This document shows positions 43,001 through 55,537 of a DNA stretch of 64,000 bases, piece by piece. The position numbers and the translations under genes are program-made. The stretch lies in contig OZ059899.1 in assembly GCA_964057225.1 (NCBI GenBank), positions 11,904,001-11,968,000 on the forward strand, given 5' to 3'. Source of the stretch: Auanema rhodensis (lineage: Eukaryota > Animalia > Nematoda). The number at the start of each line of letters is the position of its first letter. Within the stretch, counting starts at the first letter, position 1. The notes beneath the pieces were generated by a model, which ran no database searches, had not been told where the DNA came from, and worked only from the letters and a program-made list of their open reading frames with translations.

Positions 43001-44313
43001 CAGTTGCGCACTATGACATGCAACGGATTCTTGCCGCCAAATAGGAAAATCGGCTTATCTAGAGCGAAGCGTAAAAAGATGTTAGATATAAAGCTCAAAT
43101 TTTGAATTGAAAATGAAGATTCTGAAAGAAAAAAAATCTCAGTTTATCCGTCAAAGTTTTTCTTCAAATTGTTGAAACTTGAAGGAAGAATGATTGTAAT
43201 TTCTGCTGATATATTGAGAAAATCAGAAGCAGAACCAAATCTGTTGAACATAGGATTATAAGCTTAAAGTATCATCTCACGGGAATATGTATGATCAGAT
43301 ACATCTTGATGAAGTTTAGCGTCTAAAACCTGATAAAGCTTGAACTAAGGAAGAATGAAAAAGACAACAAGTTGGGTTATATATAGGAAAAGTGCTCCAA
43401 GAAAGTACCTTTGAAAACAGTCATTACACAGAGAAAAACTAAAAAAAGAAAGAAATAGAGTAAGAAACTAGAAGAAATAGAGGGAAAGAGAAAGAACAGA
43501 AGAGAATGAACGGAAAATCATAAAACAAGAAAGCTATCAGCAGATATTTCCATTAATAGCTTACTTCCTTTTATGAATAAAGCAGTCTGTTCAAAAGCAC
43601 ATTAGAACGACATGTCAAGTTCTCTTCACAATGCTATAAACTATATATTCTATATATTTAAAAAATTGTAGAAATCATATATTAAACAAAAGTATCGTTT
43701 TGGTTTTCTGTGTAAGACCATATTTAAATGTATCTTGATGGTTCTTATACATAACCACGATAAAGCTTATAAGAATTGTTTATGTTCTATTCCATGAAGG
43801 TAATGAGCATGGGAGGTATGGTTTGTATAGAAGTCTAATTAAACATATGTACATATATCCCAATAATAAATGGATATTGTTTATAAATATAAACAGATAA
43901 ACAAAATTTTGAGGAAATATAAGAAGATAAAGAAATGAAATTCGGATTGATTTAGAGATATTATAAAGAATAGTAGCAAAAGGTAAAGAGAAGCCTAATA
44001 CCATGTTCTCCAATAAAATCTCATCGACCCTTACTCCTTTAATCTCTCTTTCAGTCTCATTCTCTCTTTCTTAGTCAATGTCTTTCTATCCAGTCTTCTA
44101 TCTCTTTCTCTATTTCTATTTCTCAGATTAATCTGGTCAATCCTGGCCAAATAGTCAATGTAGACAGCCTTAAAGCATTATAAGGTAAAATGTGTCAGAT
44201 ATAAAGGAAAAAGTATGTAAGGAAGTAAGCGGATTGAATAAGCATCTCATAATAAGGATTAGAAACCATCATTACCCTGGTTTATTAATTAGCATATATC
44301 AATAGACTCACAC

Positions 44314-44352
<39 letters not shown>

Positions 44353-44632
44353 TTTTCTCTTTCCCTCTCTATCTGTCTCTCCATTTTTCTTACTTTCTAG
44401 GTTACTCAGGATGACTAACCTAACACATCCTTAGGGGTCAAACGGATGAGGTTGAAAGCTCATGGAAAATCCAATGTTTATAAAAGGTTGTCTGCTGCTC
44501 TGCTTTAGCCCTGCATTCACACCTCCCATAGGGGTAATGGTATGATGATGAGGGTCAAAGACAACATTGGTTTAGATGAGGGAATAGAGGGCAAGGAGGC
44601 AGGTGTCATCATCTCCTATAACAAACTATTCT

Positions 44633-44688
<56 letters not shown>

Positions 44689-45371
44689 TCCTCTTTCTCT
44701 CTCTCCCATTCAAACTCAGCTTATATGGAATATTACCAGCCGTATCAAATATTAGACTACCGAAATTAGCATATTCTAATTTGGTGTCAGATTGATCTAT
44801 CTATCAGAAAATTTTGAAATATAGAGATCTACATGTATACGGATATTCAAGGTATAATGAAATGTTTTTATGTGAAAATTTATGGGAAAAAAACTCAAAA
44901 TGGAAAGATGAGAGAATCGGATTGGTTAGAAAATATGAAAGGTGTGAATTGAAAGATCATTATTGACAGGATAGAAAGAACAAATATTTTTTGAAGAAAT
45001 CAAATAATGAAATACATGAAGAAGACATTATGAATATTCTTAAGATTTCTTTATTGAAACATTTGAATATGTCATCTATGTGACAATATACTTCTTTCTT
45101 TTATTTAAATTTCAATATATTTACAGAATATTTTTATTTAATTTGAATAAATATTCGAAAATCTGTCATAATCTCTAATCAAATAGAGAATATTGATCAG
45201 CTAGTTTCTTTCAATTTCACGCTGAATCTAAGTATCGGTTTGTTTCATTTAAATTCTGAATGCCAAGTTGAACGGTTGTTCTTAGAAATACGAAAGCATC
45301 CCGTTTTCTATTTCGAAAGCCCAATGAAATTAAGACACATTCTAGGATTTGAACTCTTAGTTACTTATACA

Positions 45372-45415
<44 letters not shown>

Positions 45416-45834
45416 AAATATATGTATATTGTGTTCCATTTATGGTTATAGATTACATGGAAAATGAATTGTGAATTTAAGAATATGACTATGAACGAGG
45501 GAGAATGAGAGTGCAAGGAAGTATGAGAAGGAACGGATAGGGAAGCTTGTAAAAAGAGTAGCTGAAACAGAGAGAATGAGAACTAGAGAGAGAAAAGGGA
45601 AGGGAGACTAATTATATGTTTGGGCTTGTCATATTGTTCCTCATCGTTGTCTTTTCCTTTCTTGATGACAAACCGTCGTCACAAAGCTTCATGAAGATGT
45701 GTGAATGTATTTGTAATTAAATAAATTAATAAGTTTTTAAGTTAGAAGAAATTGAAACAGTAAAATCTTATGATAATGATCTTAATATATCAAGATCAAT
45801 TGAAAGCAGTAAAGAGAGAGAGAGAGAATAAGAA

Positions 45835-45885
<51 letters not shown>

Positions 45886-48800
45886 GAGAAAGAGAGGGAG
45901 AATTGATGGTGGATGTGTGTGAGAGGTGAATAAGAGGTTGAGATTGAAGAATTCGTTAGTATGTGACACATCTGTCATATGTCTCTGTATAATATATAAT
46001 GGTAATGGTTAGAATACAGAAGATAGAAAACCAGTAAAAATGGATTTTAATGATCATCAGGTGGCCATTCGAATGTCTGTTTTTAGACTGAAAAGAACAA
46101 AATGAAATATAAAATTTACGGTATGTCTATGAAAGACTTTGAAAAAGTTTCAAAGTAAAAGAAAAATATTAATTTAAAGAAAAAATGTTTACAAAGTTGG
46201 TAAAAGCGGAAGAACCTAGACATCTTACTTACTTGAATGTCCGATAATAAGTTTGAAGTTGGAAGGATAGGAGGAGTTTAGATGGATGATAGACTGAACG
46301 TTGCCAACACGTGCATAAGAGAGAAGAGAGAGAGATATGACTGGAAGGATAGATGAATAGAAAAGCCTAAATAAAGTAAATGGAAAGAAGATATAAGTAT
46401 GTATATGGTTGTTGAACAAGATGAGAAAATAAAATTTTAATAATTTTTCTTGAAAATTAAATAAATTTTTATGAGAAAATGAGTATAAGTGGATAGTATG
46501 TGAAGGAGATAGAATAGATAGAAAGGATAAGATCATATAGTATAATAATGAAAATATACTATATGAATATGTAAAGAACAACCGTTCAATTTGATAATAA
46601 TATCAAAAAATAAATTTTAAAAGATTGACGTGACTGTTCACGTAAATTTGATTCAAATGAAATGAAGAAGATCTTAATGAGATTTGAAGAGATAAAGATG
46701 AAATAAAGTATTATTGACTTTGCACGGAGCCAGGCCTGAAAAGCCACTCCAAAACATTTTCTAAGAAGCACAATCATTAGAAAGTAGATGTTGATGATGA
46801 TGTTGATGATGATGTAGTAAAAAGTCCAATAAGTGCATGTATTCATTGTATAAGTTAGTAAGAGTAAAATAATTATAATATTATCACAATAGAAATTATT
46901 GTAAAAACAGCATTATCTAACGTTTTCAAGTTTTTACGAATCGTATGGCTTAATGCATGCCATAATCTTCGTTTCTTCAGCTAATTCAAGACTTTTTTTG
47001 TGAAAATCTTTAAGACAAATTATTTGAAATGAAGGAAAATGTATTGCTGTGAACTAATTCTGTATCCAATTACTTTCTTTAGTTGAAAAAGAAGAGTTTG
47101 GGGGCAAAAAGAATGAAAACGAAGAGTATATAAGGCTCACTAAAGGCTGAAAACTATTTATTTTTCTTCTGTTCAACAAAGAGAGATCAAAGAATAGAAT
47201 CTGCATTATACTTCTTAATATCAAAATTGAGAAAAACGGGAAAAACTTGGGTTAACTAGAGGAATTTAAAGAAATTCCTATGAATACCACAACTATGCTC
47301 CAACAGTGGCTTGGGTTCAAAAGCTTAGAATCGGATGTTGCTTTCAAATTTCATGTATAAAAGGAATTGCTTTTTGGATGAAAGCTGCCGACAGATCTTT
47401 CAGATGAGTCCACGTCTCTCTCTTCTCGCTTAGACAGATGAATAAGTGAGCGAGTGAGAGAAAAAGAGAGGCAGGGAAAAAGAGAAAGAGGGAAATAGGT
47501 TAAAATCCAAAAGAGAAAAAAGAGAGAGAGAGGCAAAAAGAGAGAGAGAGAAACTTAACTGGAGGGATCAACTCAACTTTCTAGAGAAGAATTTCTCTTG
47601 TATGTACGTCGTTCATCTTTGTAATTCCTTTCGTCAACGTAAAAATGTAAAAATAGCCAAAAATTGAAAAAAGTTTATAAGAATGGAAGGATTAGATAGA
47701 CATTTGTCAACACACTAACTATTAAAATGAAATATTCGTTTAGTTTACTATAGCAAATTGAGATGAGAAATGATAAATGATGATGGTTATGACTCGGGAC
47801 AAAGCCGAGAAACGTTTTCGAGAATTTGTAAAGGGTTAAGAAGTTCAATACCGTTAAAACCTTGCAAGAAAATAGAAAGATATTCCAATCTCTTTGAGGA
47901 ATGGCAGCCTAAGAGACTGGGAGGAATGGCAGAACGAAAGGATAGAGAACAGAAGGTATTGGTGCATGGGAGGACCTGGGGTACTTCTTCAGCTGTGGTC
48001 AATTTCAGGACAACACATGTTGCCAAACAGGTTGTGAATGCTGGTGAATTCGCAATTAAGTCCTTCTGATGACAAGCCTGGTCATAGAGAATGAGTCTTG
48101 AAAATGCTCTCATTGAAATCATAGATGTAGTTAGCTTTCAATGCTCAACATAGCTTTTTCAGCTGGAAATAAGTTTTAATTTGAGGCTTAAAAGAAACTT
48201 TTCCTGCTTAAACAGTAATTTGTCAGAAATCTGCTTTCATGTCTGTCTGCTTCTCTACCTTTCTCTTCTAGTTCCTCGTTTTCTCGATCTCTCATTGTCT
48301 TCGAAATGCTCAAATTATAATATTGTAAATAGAATTTGAAGTTTAAATATTTATTGAAAATCATTTATTACATATAGTAATTGAAGCGTGATTGAACACG
48401 TGAACCTGAAGGCTTTAAAGAGCAGTCGTCCGGAATTTCGATCTGACCGCATCACAGCCGGAAAAGGTTGGCCGGAAATGCCCCTAGGGCATTAAGTTTG
48501 TTCATGCTGACTGACCTACGAGCTTTCTCTCTCTCTCTTCCTCTTTCTTTCTTTTTTTCTCTCTTTCTCTCTCGCTTTCTCTCTATCTCTAGCTTTCGTC
48601 TTTGCTTGTTGCTGTGCATCAGAATCGTTCGCACTTGAGGTTATTTGACTATGTGGTAGCTTAAACCACCCCGAGAGAACAATAAAAGACCATATATGGT
48701 AAATTGCCATCAATGGAACATATAACAAAGTCTAAAGAGCCAGATGAAAGACATAGAATAATGAACGATAGGCTCTTTCTGATGCTTGGAGACATCAATG

Positions 48801-50930
48801 GTGTTAGAAGTCGCTCAACTGAATACCGAAATTTACATTTTACTTATTCATCTATAACTATATAGTAACTATACTATAAAAGTATTTATAAATATATTTT
48901 CAGATCAAGCACACAGTTATCAAAGTTGTTACCACAGCCACTTTTACAAGATAAATCTGTAGATTGGGAGGGTAAAGTTAATAAAGCTTTTAAGGTTAAT
49001 TTCAAGTTTTAACAGAAATAAAAAGTATATTTGAATCATTTCAGAAAGCTAAAGATGGAACATTAAACATCGTATTACTTGAATATGAGTTCCTACAGAT
49101 CTGTCGCGAACTCCGAATATATGGATCAACCTACTTTACAGCCAACTTTTTTGGAGAAAAAGTTAGTTTTTGAAACTTTTTTCGGTTGAAAAAATAGATT
49201 AATCTCCATATAATCTAGTAAACGAAGAAACAAATGTTAAAGATTGATGTCAATACATTAATTTTAAAAACTTGTAAAAGAAAGAAGAAACGAGAGAGAA
49301 ATAGAAGAAAAAGATATCTAGTAGTGTGTAGGGATAATAGTTGTAATTCATCATTTTTGTTACTTTTTAAAGAAAAAAAAAGAAAAATATGAGAAGTAAG
49401 TTAAACAGATGTTAATGCTGTTAAACGAAGGAAACGAGGAAAAGTTCAGTGAAGTAGAAAAACTCCCTAGAGATTGTACTTGAAAGTTGAGAAAGTTAAG
49501 GAAAAATGAGGTAAAAGATGAAAGAAATAGAAAAAAGAAGGGAGATCTGGTAAACAATTGATATGTCAATGTAAAAAATAGATAATCTTCATTTGTAAGT
49601 GGGAATCATGCGATTGAAAAAGAGAGATAATGAAGCTGAGGTTGAGGTTGAGTTTGAGGTTGAAGTTGAAAAGTCATTGAAATATAGAAGAGGTTCAATG
49701 TTTCAAGTTTTCCTTGAAATATCAACACATTTCCCACGAAGAAGCATTTAGTCCTTTAATAAGAAAGTATTTGTATTTAAGTAATTCATTGAGTGTCCAT
49801 TTGGTTCTAAAAAGGGAAACAATATACTCTTTTGGATAGAATAAAGGAAAGGAAAGAGGAGGGCAGAAGCATTGACAAGTACCTAAGAACATGATGGTCC
49901 ATTAGACATACTTTGTAATTCTTTTTGATTTTCCTGAATAAAAGTGACTATTCTTTCAAAATAAGCTAAAATGTGGATGAATTTATGAGGTTATGGGGTC
50001 ATACTGATTGTATGTGTCATCAAAATGGAAGGTATGAGTGTCGGGATCTGTTTCGATACCAAAAAGGATGAAGATAGTTGAATAAAGAAAAGACAAAACA
50101 TTTACTTACATGAAAGAAAAATAGAAAAAACTTTATCTGTTTATTATTTCAAATAAAATATAAAAGAACTGTAAGAAAGATGAATAAAGAATTATGAAAA
50201 GAGGTAAAAGAGAGTAAAAGGGCAGTAGAGAGCATGTCTAGATGACCAAAATTGCTATTCATTCGTCTGTGACTAATGCAAAAATCGCTTCTCAGTTAAC
50301 TCGCTAGCTATTTCATCTAATATAATTTTTATTTAAAAAAAAAACATGAAAAAAGACCATATTTACAGATATGCTGTATAATATATAATTTATAAATATT
50401 ACGAAGAAATAAAAATGAATTAAAAGAACATATTCTAATATAAACACTTGAAAAGAAAAGAAGTTAATAAGTACTTTTGTTTAGAAAAAATAAAGAGATT
50501 TTCATTTACTTACTAACCATATGTTTAAGTGGAATATTTCTTTATAAATAGAATCTTCCATAATCAATTATATTTTTTTCAGCCAATTATGTATCAAGAT
50601 AGAGTACGGTGTGCTATAAACGATCAAGGACTTCATATAATTAGTCTTACTCGTAATATATTGACAGCAACTTATGGTTATAAGTAATTATTATTTATGG
50701 TTCATCTTTATTATTTTTTGATATTTATTACAGAGAACTTTTTGTACTTGAGAAACAAAAGCCTGATCAGCATACCTTGTGCATGAAAGATCGAGCTCGT
50801 GGTCACACTTTCTACATTAAGACTAAACAAGTTTGATAATTCTTCATCATTTTTGTATTTTAATCCAACTATTTAGGTTAAACTTATGCTTCGACTAATG
50901 GAAAAAATTGGAAATATTAAAATAATATGA
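37080..50930 (+). CDS. kri-1: KRIT1/CCM1 orthologue (NPxF motifs, ankyrin repeats, FERM domain), about 18 exons
   Basis: VHNPAF and IMNPLFG motifs, ankyrins YPLHYAA/WTPLHYACFY/STALHMAA, FERM segments (VFGLWIYSDNLSVQLRP, FLQICRELRIYGSTYF). Long introns at 39607-41363, 41510-48903 and ~49162-50582. Confidence 0.93.
39819..41199 (-). CDS. Ly6/uPAR (three-finger) GPI-anchored protein, ODR-2/HOT-like, nested antisense in a kri-1 intron (5 exons)
   Basis: Signal MKLFLFLIVCIIHYANS, LHCIQC start, ten Cys, VTERKC, terminal CSEACPNGDCIN followed by a hydrophobic GPI-type tail. Confidence 0.88.
44317..44705. repeat. Two (CT)n microsatellites (~44317-44380 and ~44630-44705) in the kri-1 intron
   Basis: Seen directly. 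Confidence 0.9.
45374..45413. repeat. (TA)n microsatellite
   Basis: Seen directly. Confidence 0.95.
45812..45900. repeat. (GA)n microsatellite
   Basis: Seen directly. Confidence 0.95.
47787..48122 (-). CDS. Uncharacterised single-exon 111-aa Cys-containing protein nested antisense in the 7.4-kb kri-1 intron
   Basis: GC-enriched island relative to its flanks, TTTCCAG acceptor 40 nt upstream, uninterrupted ORF. Confidence 0.6.
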   Translation of the reverse strand: MISMRAFSRLILYDQACHQKDLIANSPAFTTCLATCVVLKLTTAEEVPQVLPCTNTFCSLSFRSAIPPSLLGCHSSKRLEYLSIFLQGFNGIELLNPLQILENVSRLCPES

Positions 50931-51794
50931 ATACACGAAAAGCATTAAACAAACCTAAAACAGATTGTGATCTTATTTGCATAACTTTTTAAAGTATAGA
51001 ATATACATGAAGATGATCATTCCCGCAATTTTTTAAGATATAATTTATTACATGTATATATTTATATAATTATATATAAAAATATTGTATTAACTGAATA
51101 TTTTTGAAATTTTAATAAGGAATATACCCTTTTACGCAATTTTCACGTACAATTCATACACATTCTTTATAAATTAAACGCACAGAGAGGTTGTTTTTCA
51201 ATTTTAACAATATCAATAATAATCATACATCAATATACTCATGTTCATATGTGTATTGTTTATTCTGAAATACTTAAGTTCAAAAGATTTTGAACTTGCA
51301 TAAAAACTCTTATAACGAAAAGAGAATAATGTTTTTTTGCAATTTCTATTCATTTATAAGAGTTCTATCCATTTTGTAAGATATTCAAGCTTTTATTCTT
51401 TGTCAATTTCAACACAATAGCTTAAATCATCTTGATATTCGTATTTTTTTACGTTATATCTTTAACCCGATAATTCATAAAACTAAATTGAATCTGAAAG
51501 AGGGACAAATATTAAATTAGATATACGTAGCATTATTTTAATAAAAATATATTTCTTCACAAATCATACATCATGATAATCAAATGCACAATCATAAAAA
51601 CACAAAATATCGTCCCATTTTGAATTTTGGCTTCAATAACATGTTATGATGCAAACTATATTCTTTCTTCCTTTTTTTGAAAGCTACAACGTACAACTTG
51701 AAAACAAATGACTGAATATCTTGTAATAAATTCGTTAAATCTGATGAAACACTAGTTCAATAACTAGAGGATCTTGTTACACTGAAATGTTCTC

Positions 51795-51875
51795 ACGTCA
51801 TTCACGTGTGTCACGTGTGTCACGTACTCATTATATTTATTCAAAATAATAATTTCTGTGAAACGGTTGGTTTCA
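51795..51875 (+). promoter_or_regulatory. Four TCACGT units at 9-nt period plus CGGTTGGTTTCA upstream of the multipass membrane gene
   Basis: ACGT at 51795, 51804, 51813 and 51822; CGGTTG at 51864. Confidence 0.6.
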
Positions 51876-51929
51876 AGCTTATATCACTTTATTTATTATT
51901 AAAACCTCAGTATATGTAGTTTTTAGGAA

Positions 51930-53145
51930 ATGATTGAAACGCTATTGATTACTTTTGAGCAAATTTATACTACAACTGAGACATTACGAAGAGGGTTACT
52001 CAATGTTTCTGATAAAATCATAAATCTGGGTGAACAAGCTTTCGGACATGTTGAACAAATTCAAAAAAGTATAGAGCCAGTTACATTAGATGGAATAGAT
52101 TATGTAGGATATTTGAACTTAATCTTTGAAAAAAACATTAGTATATTATATATATGTATAGTTAACAACAGCATGGAGTATGAAAGAGCCAGTAAGCAAA
52201 GTGAAATTAGAATCACGCAATATCATTGTGGAACATTATCTTTCTATCACAGTATGGCAATGTATTCTGAATCCCTTGTATGAAGTGTCAAAATTTCAGA
52301 CTTTGATTCTTGCTCTGATTTTCGGAGAAATGGCTGGTGTACTAACTTTTTCATATCTGCCTGATATTAGCATTATCTATCAGAGCATTGCATTTGGATT
52401 TCTCATAAGATATGCATATATACGTGTACACACAGGTATTTAATTTATATTTTTCTTATGTAGTAATTGTAATTATTATCAAAGCTCTTGATGAAATCGA
52501 ATGTCGCAACATTACTATAACCTTGGCACTTCTTTCGGGTGTTTTTATCGGATATAACATTGGCCCTAAGCTATTGAGTTTGGCACCAACATCCTTGTTT
52601 ATTTCTCCGTTTTTACTAGCTGTATCAGTATGTTATATTTTAAAACAATATCCTCTCAAAATATTTTATCAGATTGATAATAATTTTGTGAATAACGTCT
52701 TTCCTCATATGGATCGTCCATCGTTTTTAACTTTTTTGTCAACATTTTCAGCTATACTTAGCACTTCATCAGGTATCTTCTTAGGGTGTTTCTGAGACAT
52801 TTAAAATTCTCATTTACAGCATCTATAACCGGAAATGAATTTTCTGTCGCAATTTGCATATTATCCTTATGTCATTCCGTTATATTGGCTGTTCATACTC
52901 AGGTCTTTTGAAAATTTATTTTGAGCTCATCTAGTCAATTATTTTAAAGATTAATTTCCAACTTCTTTCACAAAAAGCATTCCGTGCTTATGAATCCCAA
53001 CTTGCTTATCTTATAGCCATCTGCATGCTTCAAGTAAGATTTTTCTTTTGTATCAGCAATTTCTCATATAGAACTACAACCAAGTAAATTCATTGTCTAG
53101 GTTTCACTAACATTACTCTTTGGTCTCAATCCCATCCTAAATTAG
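51930..53145 (+). CDS. Multipass membrane protein, possibly a divergent Bax inhibitor-1/TMBIM fold (about 8 exons)
   Basis: About 7 hydrophobic segments; RNITITLALLSGVFIGYNIGP and ILAVHTQINFQ echo the BI-1 R..L..FA...G...GP and VLFDTQLI motifs. Confidence 0.7.
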
Positions 53146-53696
53146 CTAAACATAGCAATAAATAGATGTTTTCATCAATCAACAAGCTCAATGTACAACT
53201 TTTACTTGAAAAATTCAAACAATCAATAAATAGTTTAAGAAGTTTAAAATTTAAAAATTTAAGAGACTTGGTAATAAATAAATTTATTGGAAACAAAAGT
53301 ATCTAAGAACGCGATATAATTCAAAGCAACGACGATGAAGGAGAGACAGAGGTGGAAAGTCGAACTTCACACAATATATAGAAATATTGGTAAAGATGAC
53401 GAAATAGGCCACATTTGAAAGCAATTCGAAAATTTTCTTATTAAAAGAGGAAACAAAGTTCAATAATCTTCTCATACGTGGCACACAATTGGTCCGCTCA
53501 AGAGCTGGCCGTGGGAAACTAGTTAACAATCACGGTGGGACTGATCTTGAAACAGAACAGTACAGAAGTAAAAAGCTAATCTATTTTAAGAGATAAATCG
53601 GATTGCAGTAGCTATAATAGAACAACTCGAAGATAGTAAGAGATAATGGTTGTTTAAGAGGGGGAAATTTAGATGTTAGAGAGATGAAAAAGGAAA

Positions 53697-53699
<3 letters not shown>

Positions 53700-53762
<63 letters not shown>

Positions 53763-53773
53763 GAGAGTGAGAG
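53700..53773. repeat. (GA)n microsatellite downstream of ppk-1
   Basis: Seen directly. Confidence 0.95.
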
Positions 53774-55117
53774 ATTTAGAGGGAGAGAGCAGAAAAGAGA
53801 GTAAGAATTTAGACAAGAGGTGGCTTCGGATGGTTCGTTTTTAGAGATACATGACGACTGCTCAGGCAAAGGCAGAAAATATTGTATATACTTGATACTT
53901 ACAGATAAACTATGAACTCAAAAAAAGAAATATAAAGTTAATATAAATGATTGTGCTACAGTTGACTACCTACAATTTATATTATAACTTATTAGGAACA
54001 TCTTCAAATACACAAATGATGATTCATTAGAACATGAAACATCTAACAACAGGAGTCAATATTTAAACACAACTTTTGTTAAATTACTAGTAAAGAGTGT
54101 GAAAAGAGGAATTTGGATATACGAAGAGTATTCAACAAGTGTAGTTACTACTAAAATAAATTAGTATACAATTCTATGAACATTTCTTGGCACGCGGTAG
54201 ATACTATCTCGTACCAATTAGGCATCACCGGATGTAGGTACCCTGTAACCATAAAGGAACTGCTTCGAAAATCAATATATTGAGATAAAAATTACTTTTT
54301 TTAAAATTTAGGAAAGATTATTGCATATATAAGGCTTTTTTAGTGGCTGAGTAGCTGTATAGCCCATGACCACGCAACAAATCACTTTTTGTAGTGCTTC
54401 AAAAAAGCTCATAGTGAGATTTTCAAAAAGCAGTTTCTTTACAGTTCGCTTTGGTGTCTAGATGGCTCCTTCCAAAAATGGATTGGACTTGTTTTCAAGC
54501 AAGTGTCTTATGAAATAAAGCTAGAGACAGTAGCAAATGTCCTTTTCATCAAAAGCCATTTCAAGAAAAAAGTCGAAAAAAACAAATTTTAACGCACCGA
54601 AACGTAAAGAATTCGCGAAATATAAATTAAAGGACTGTTTTTTTCATAATTTTTTTTCGAAATTTTCTTCTAAATTGACTATGGGCAGCCAGAGAGCTTT
54701 GGACCCCTAAAGGAAAGATGGACGAGGAAAGATGATCATGGAAATATGATTCAAACATGAAAACTTGGAATACGTGAATGGATCTGCTGTTTCATTTATC
54801 GTGCAATAAAGCATGTATGGCTTTTGGACAGAGAAGAAGGAAAAGAAGAAGGTAGAAGAAGTCGACGAGAGAGGCACACTGTTATTATATTATGCGTGCG
54901 CAATACACACAAGGAACGTTAGCCGCGACGGAAATGCAGGATCATGAAGATCATCATAGACGAGTCTGAAGGCACGATTATCGATCAGTGATTATTGAGA
55001 AAGAAAGAAATCCTTAAGATAGGGAGAAAACCAAAGAAGGAGAATAATCGGACTTCGGACAGGTACATCTACATGAACCATGGAAGAAAATGAAGATGCT
55101 TCAGCCAAGGCAGCTTG

Positions 55118-55318
55118 GGGCACTGTTTGGATGACTACTCTGTCCTAGTGGCAGAATGCTGTTATGCCCACCAGACTACTAATTACGGAATGGATTGGTT
55201 TAGAGTTTTTAGCCGTGTCAAAAAATGGATGATTTATTATAATTTTTAAAAATAACCAAGAATATCACCAATTTTATTAATTTGAGTTACAGGAGTCTAG
55301 TCATCCAAACAAGCGCCC
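55118..55318 (-). other. Long-range inverted repeat (RNA duplex) in the ppk-1 3' region
   Basis: 55118-55143 is complementary to 55289-55318 with a 14-bp perfect core. Confidence 0.8.
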
Positions 55319-55537
55319 GAGTTTGCATGCAGAACACTCAAATACCTTCTTCTTTCTGGCACTATGCGGGATTGTATACTGTGCGTTAGTAGGAGCATTT
55401 TGTGCAAAAATAAAAAAGGAGCAGATACGGGAGTGATTAATCGAGGATAATACAGAGAAACAAAATCCTAAAAGGGTACAAGCAGTTCTAGTTAGCTACA
55501 GAACTTAGGTTGCAGGATAGAACAAAACCCCAAACGA

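Noticed and set aside
47770-48069. Plus-strand 99-aa ORF
   Set aside because: Antisense shadow of the 111-aa minus ORF, which has the supporting acceptor; it does not fit the kri-1 FERM frame.
48451-48770. miR-2-like (ATCACAGCC, 48451) and miR-71-like (TGAAAGACAT, ~48746) starts
   Set aside because: Only 9-10 nt match, 3' halves diverge, and neither sits in a pre-miRNA-type hairpin arm.
36504-53869. ORF-track entries rich in SLSLSL, RERE or IYIY (e.g. 36504-36776, 44542-44769, 45240-45467, 45768-45971, 53669-53869)
   Set aside because: They are translations of (CT)n, (GA)n and (TA)n microsatellites.
54188-54218. GGCACGCGGT resembling part of miR-124
   Set aside because: The seed start is missing and the hairpin is too short for a pre-miRNA.
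55289-55310. AUGA in a stem as a possible SECIS element
   Set aside because: Fully Watson-Crick paired with no G-A quartet or AA loop, and the upstream UGA is terminal.
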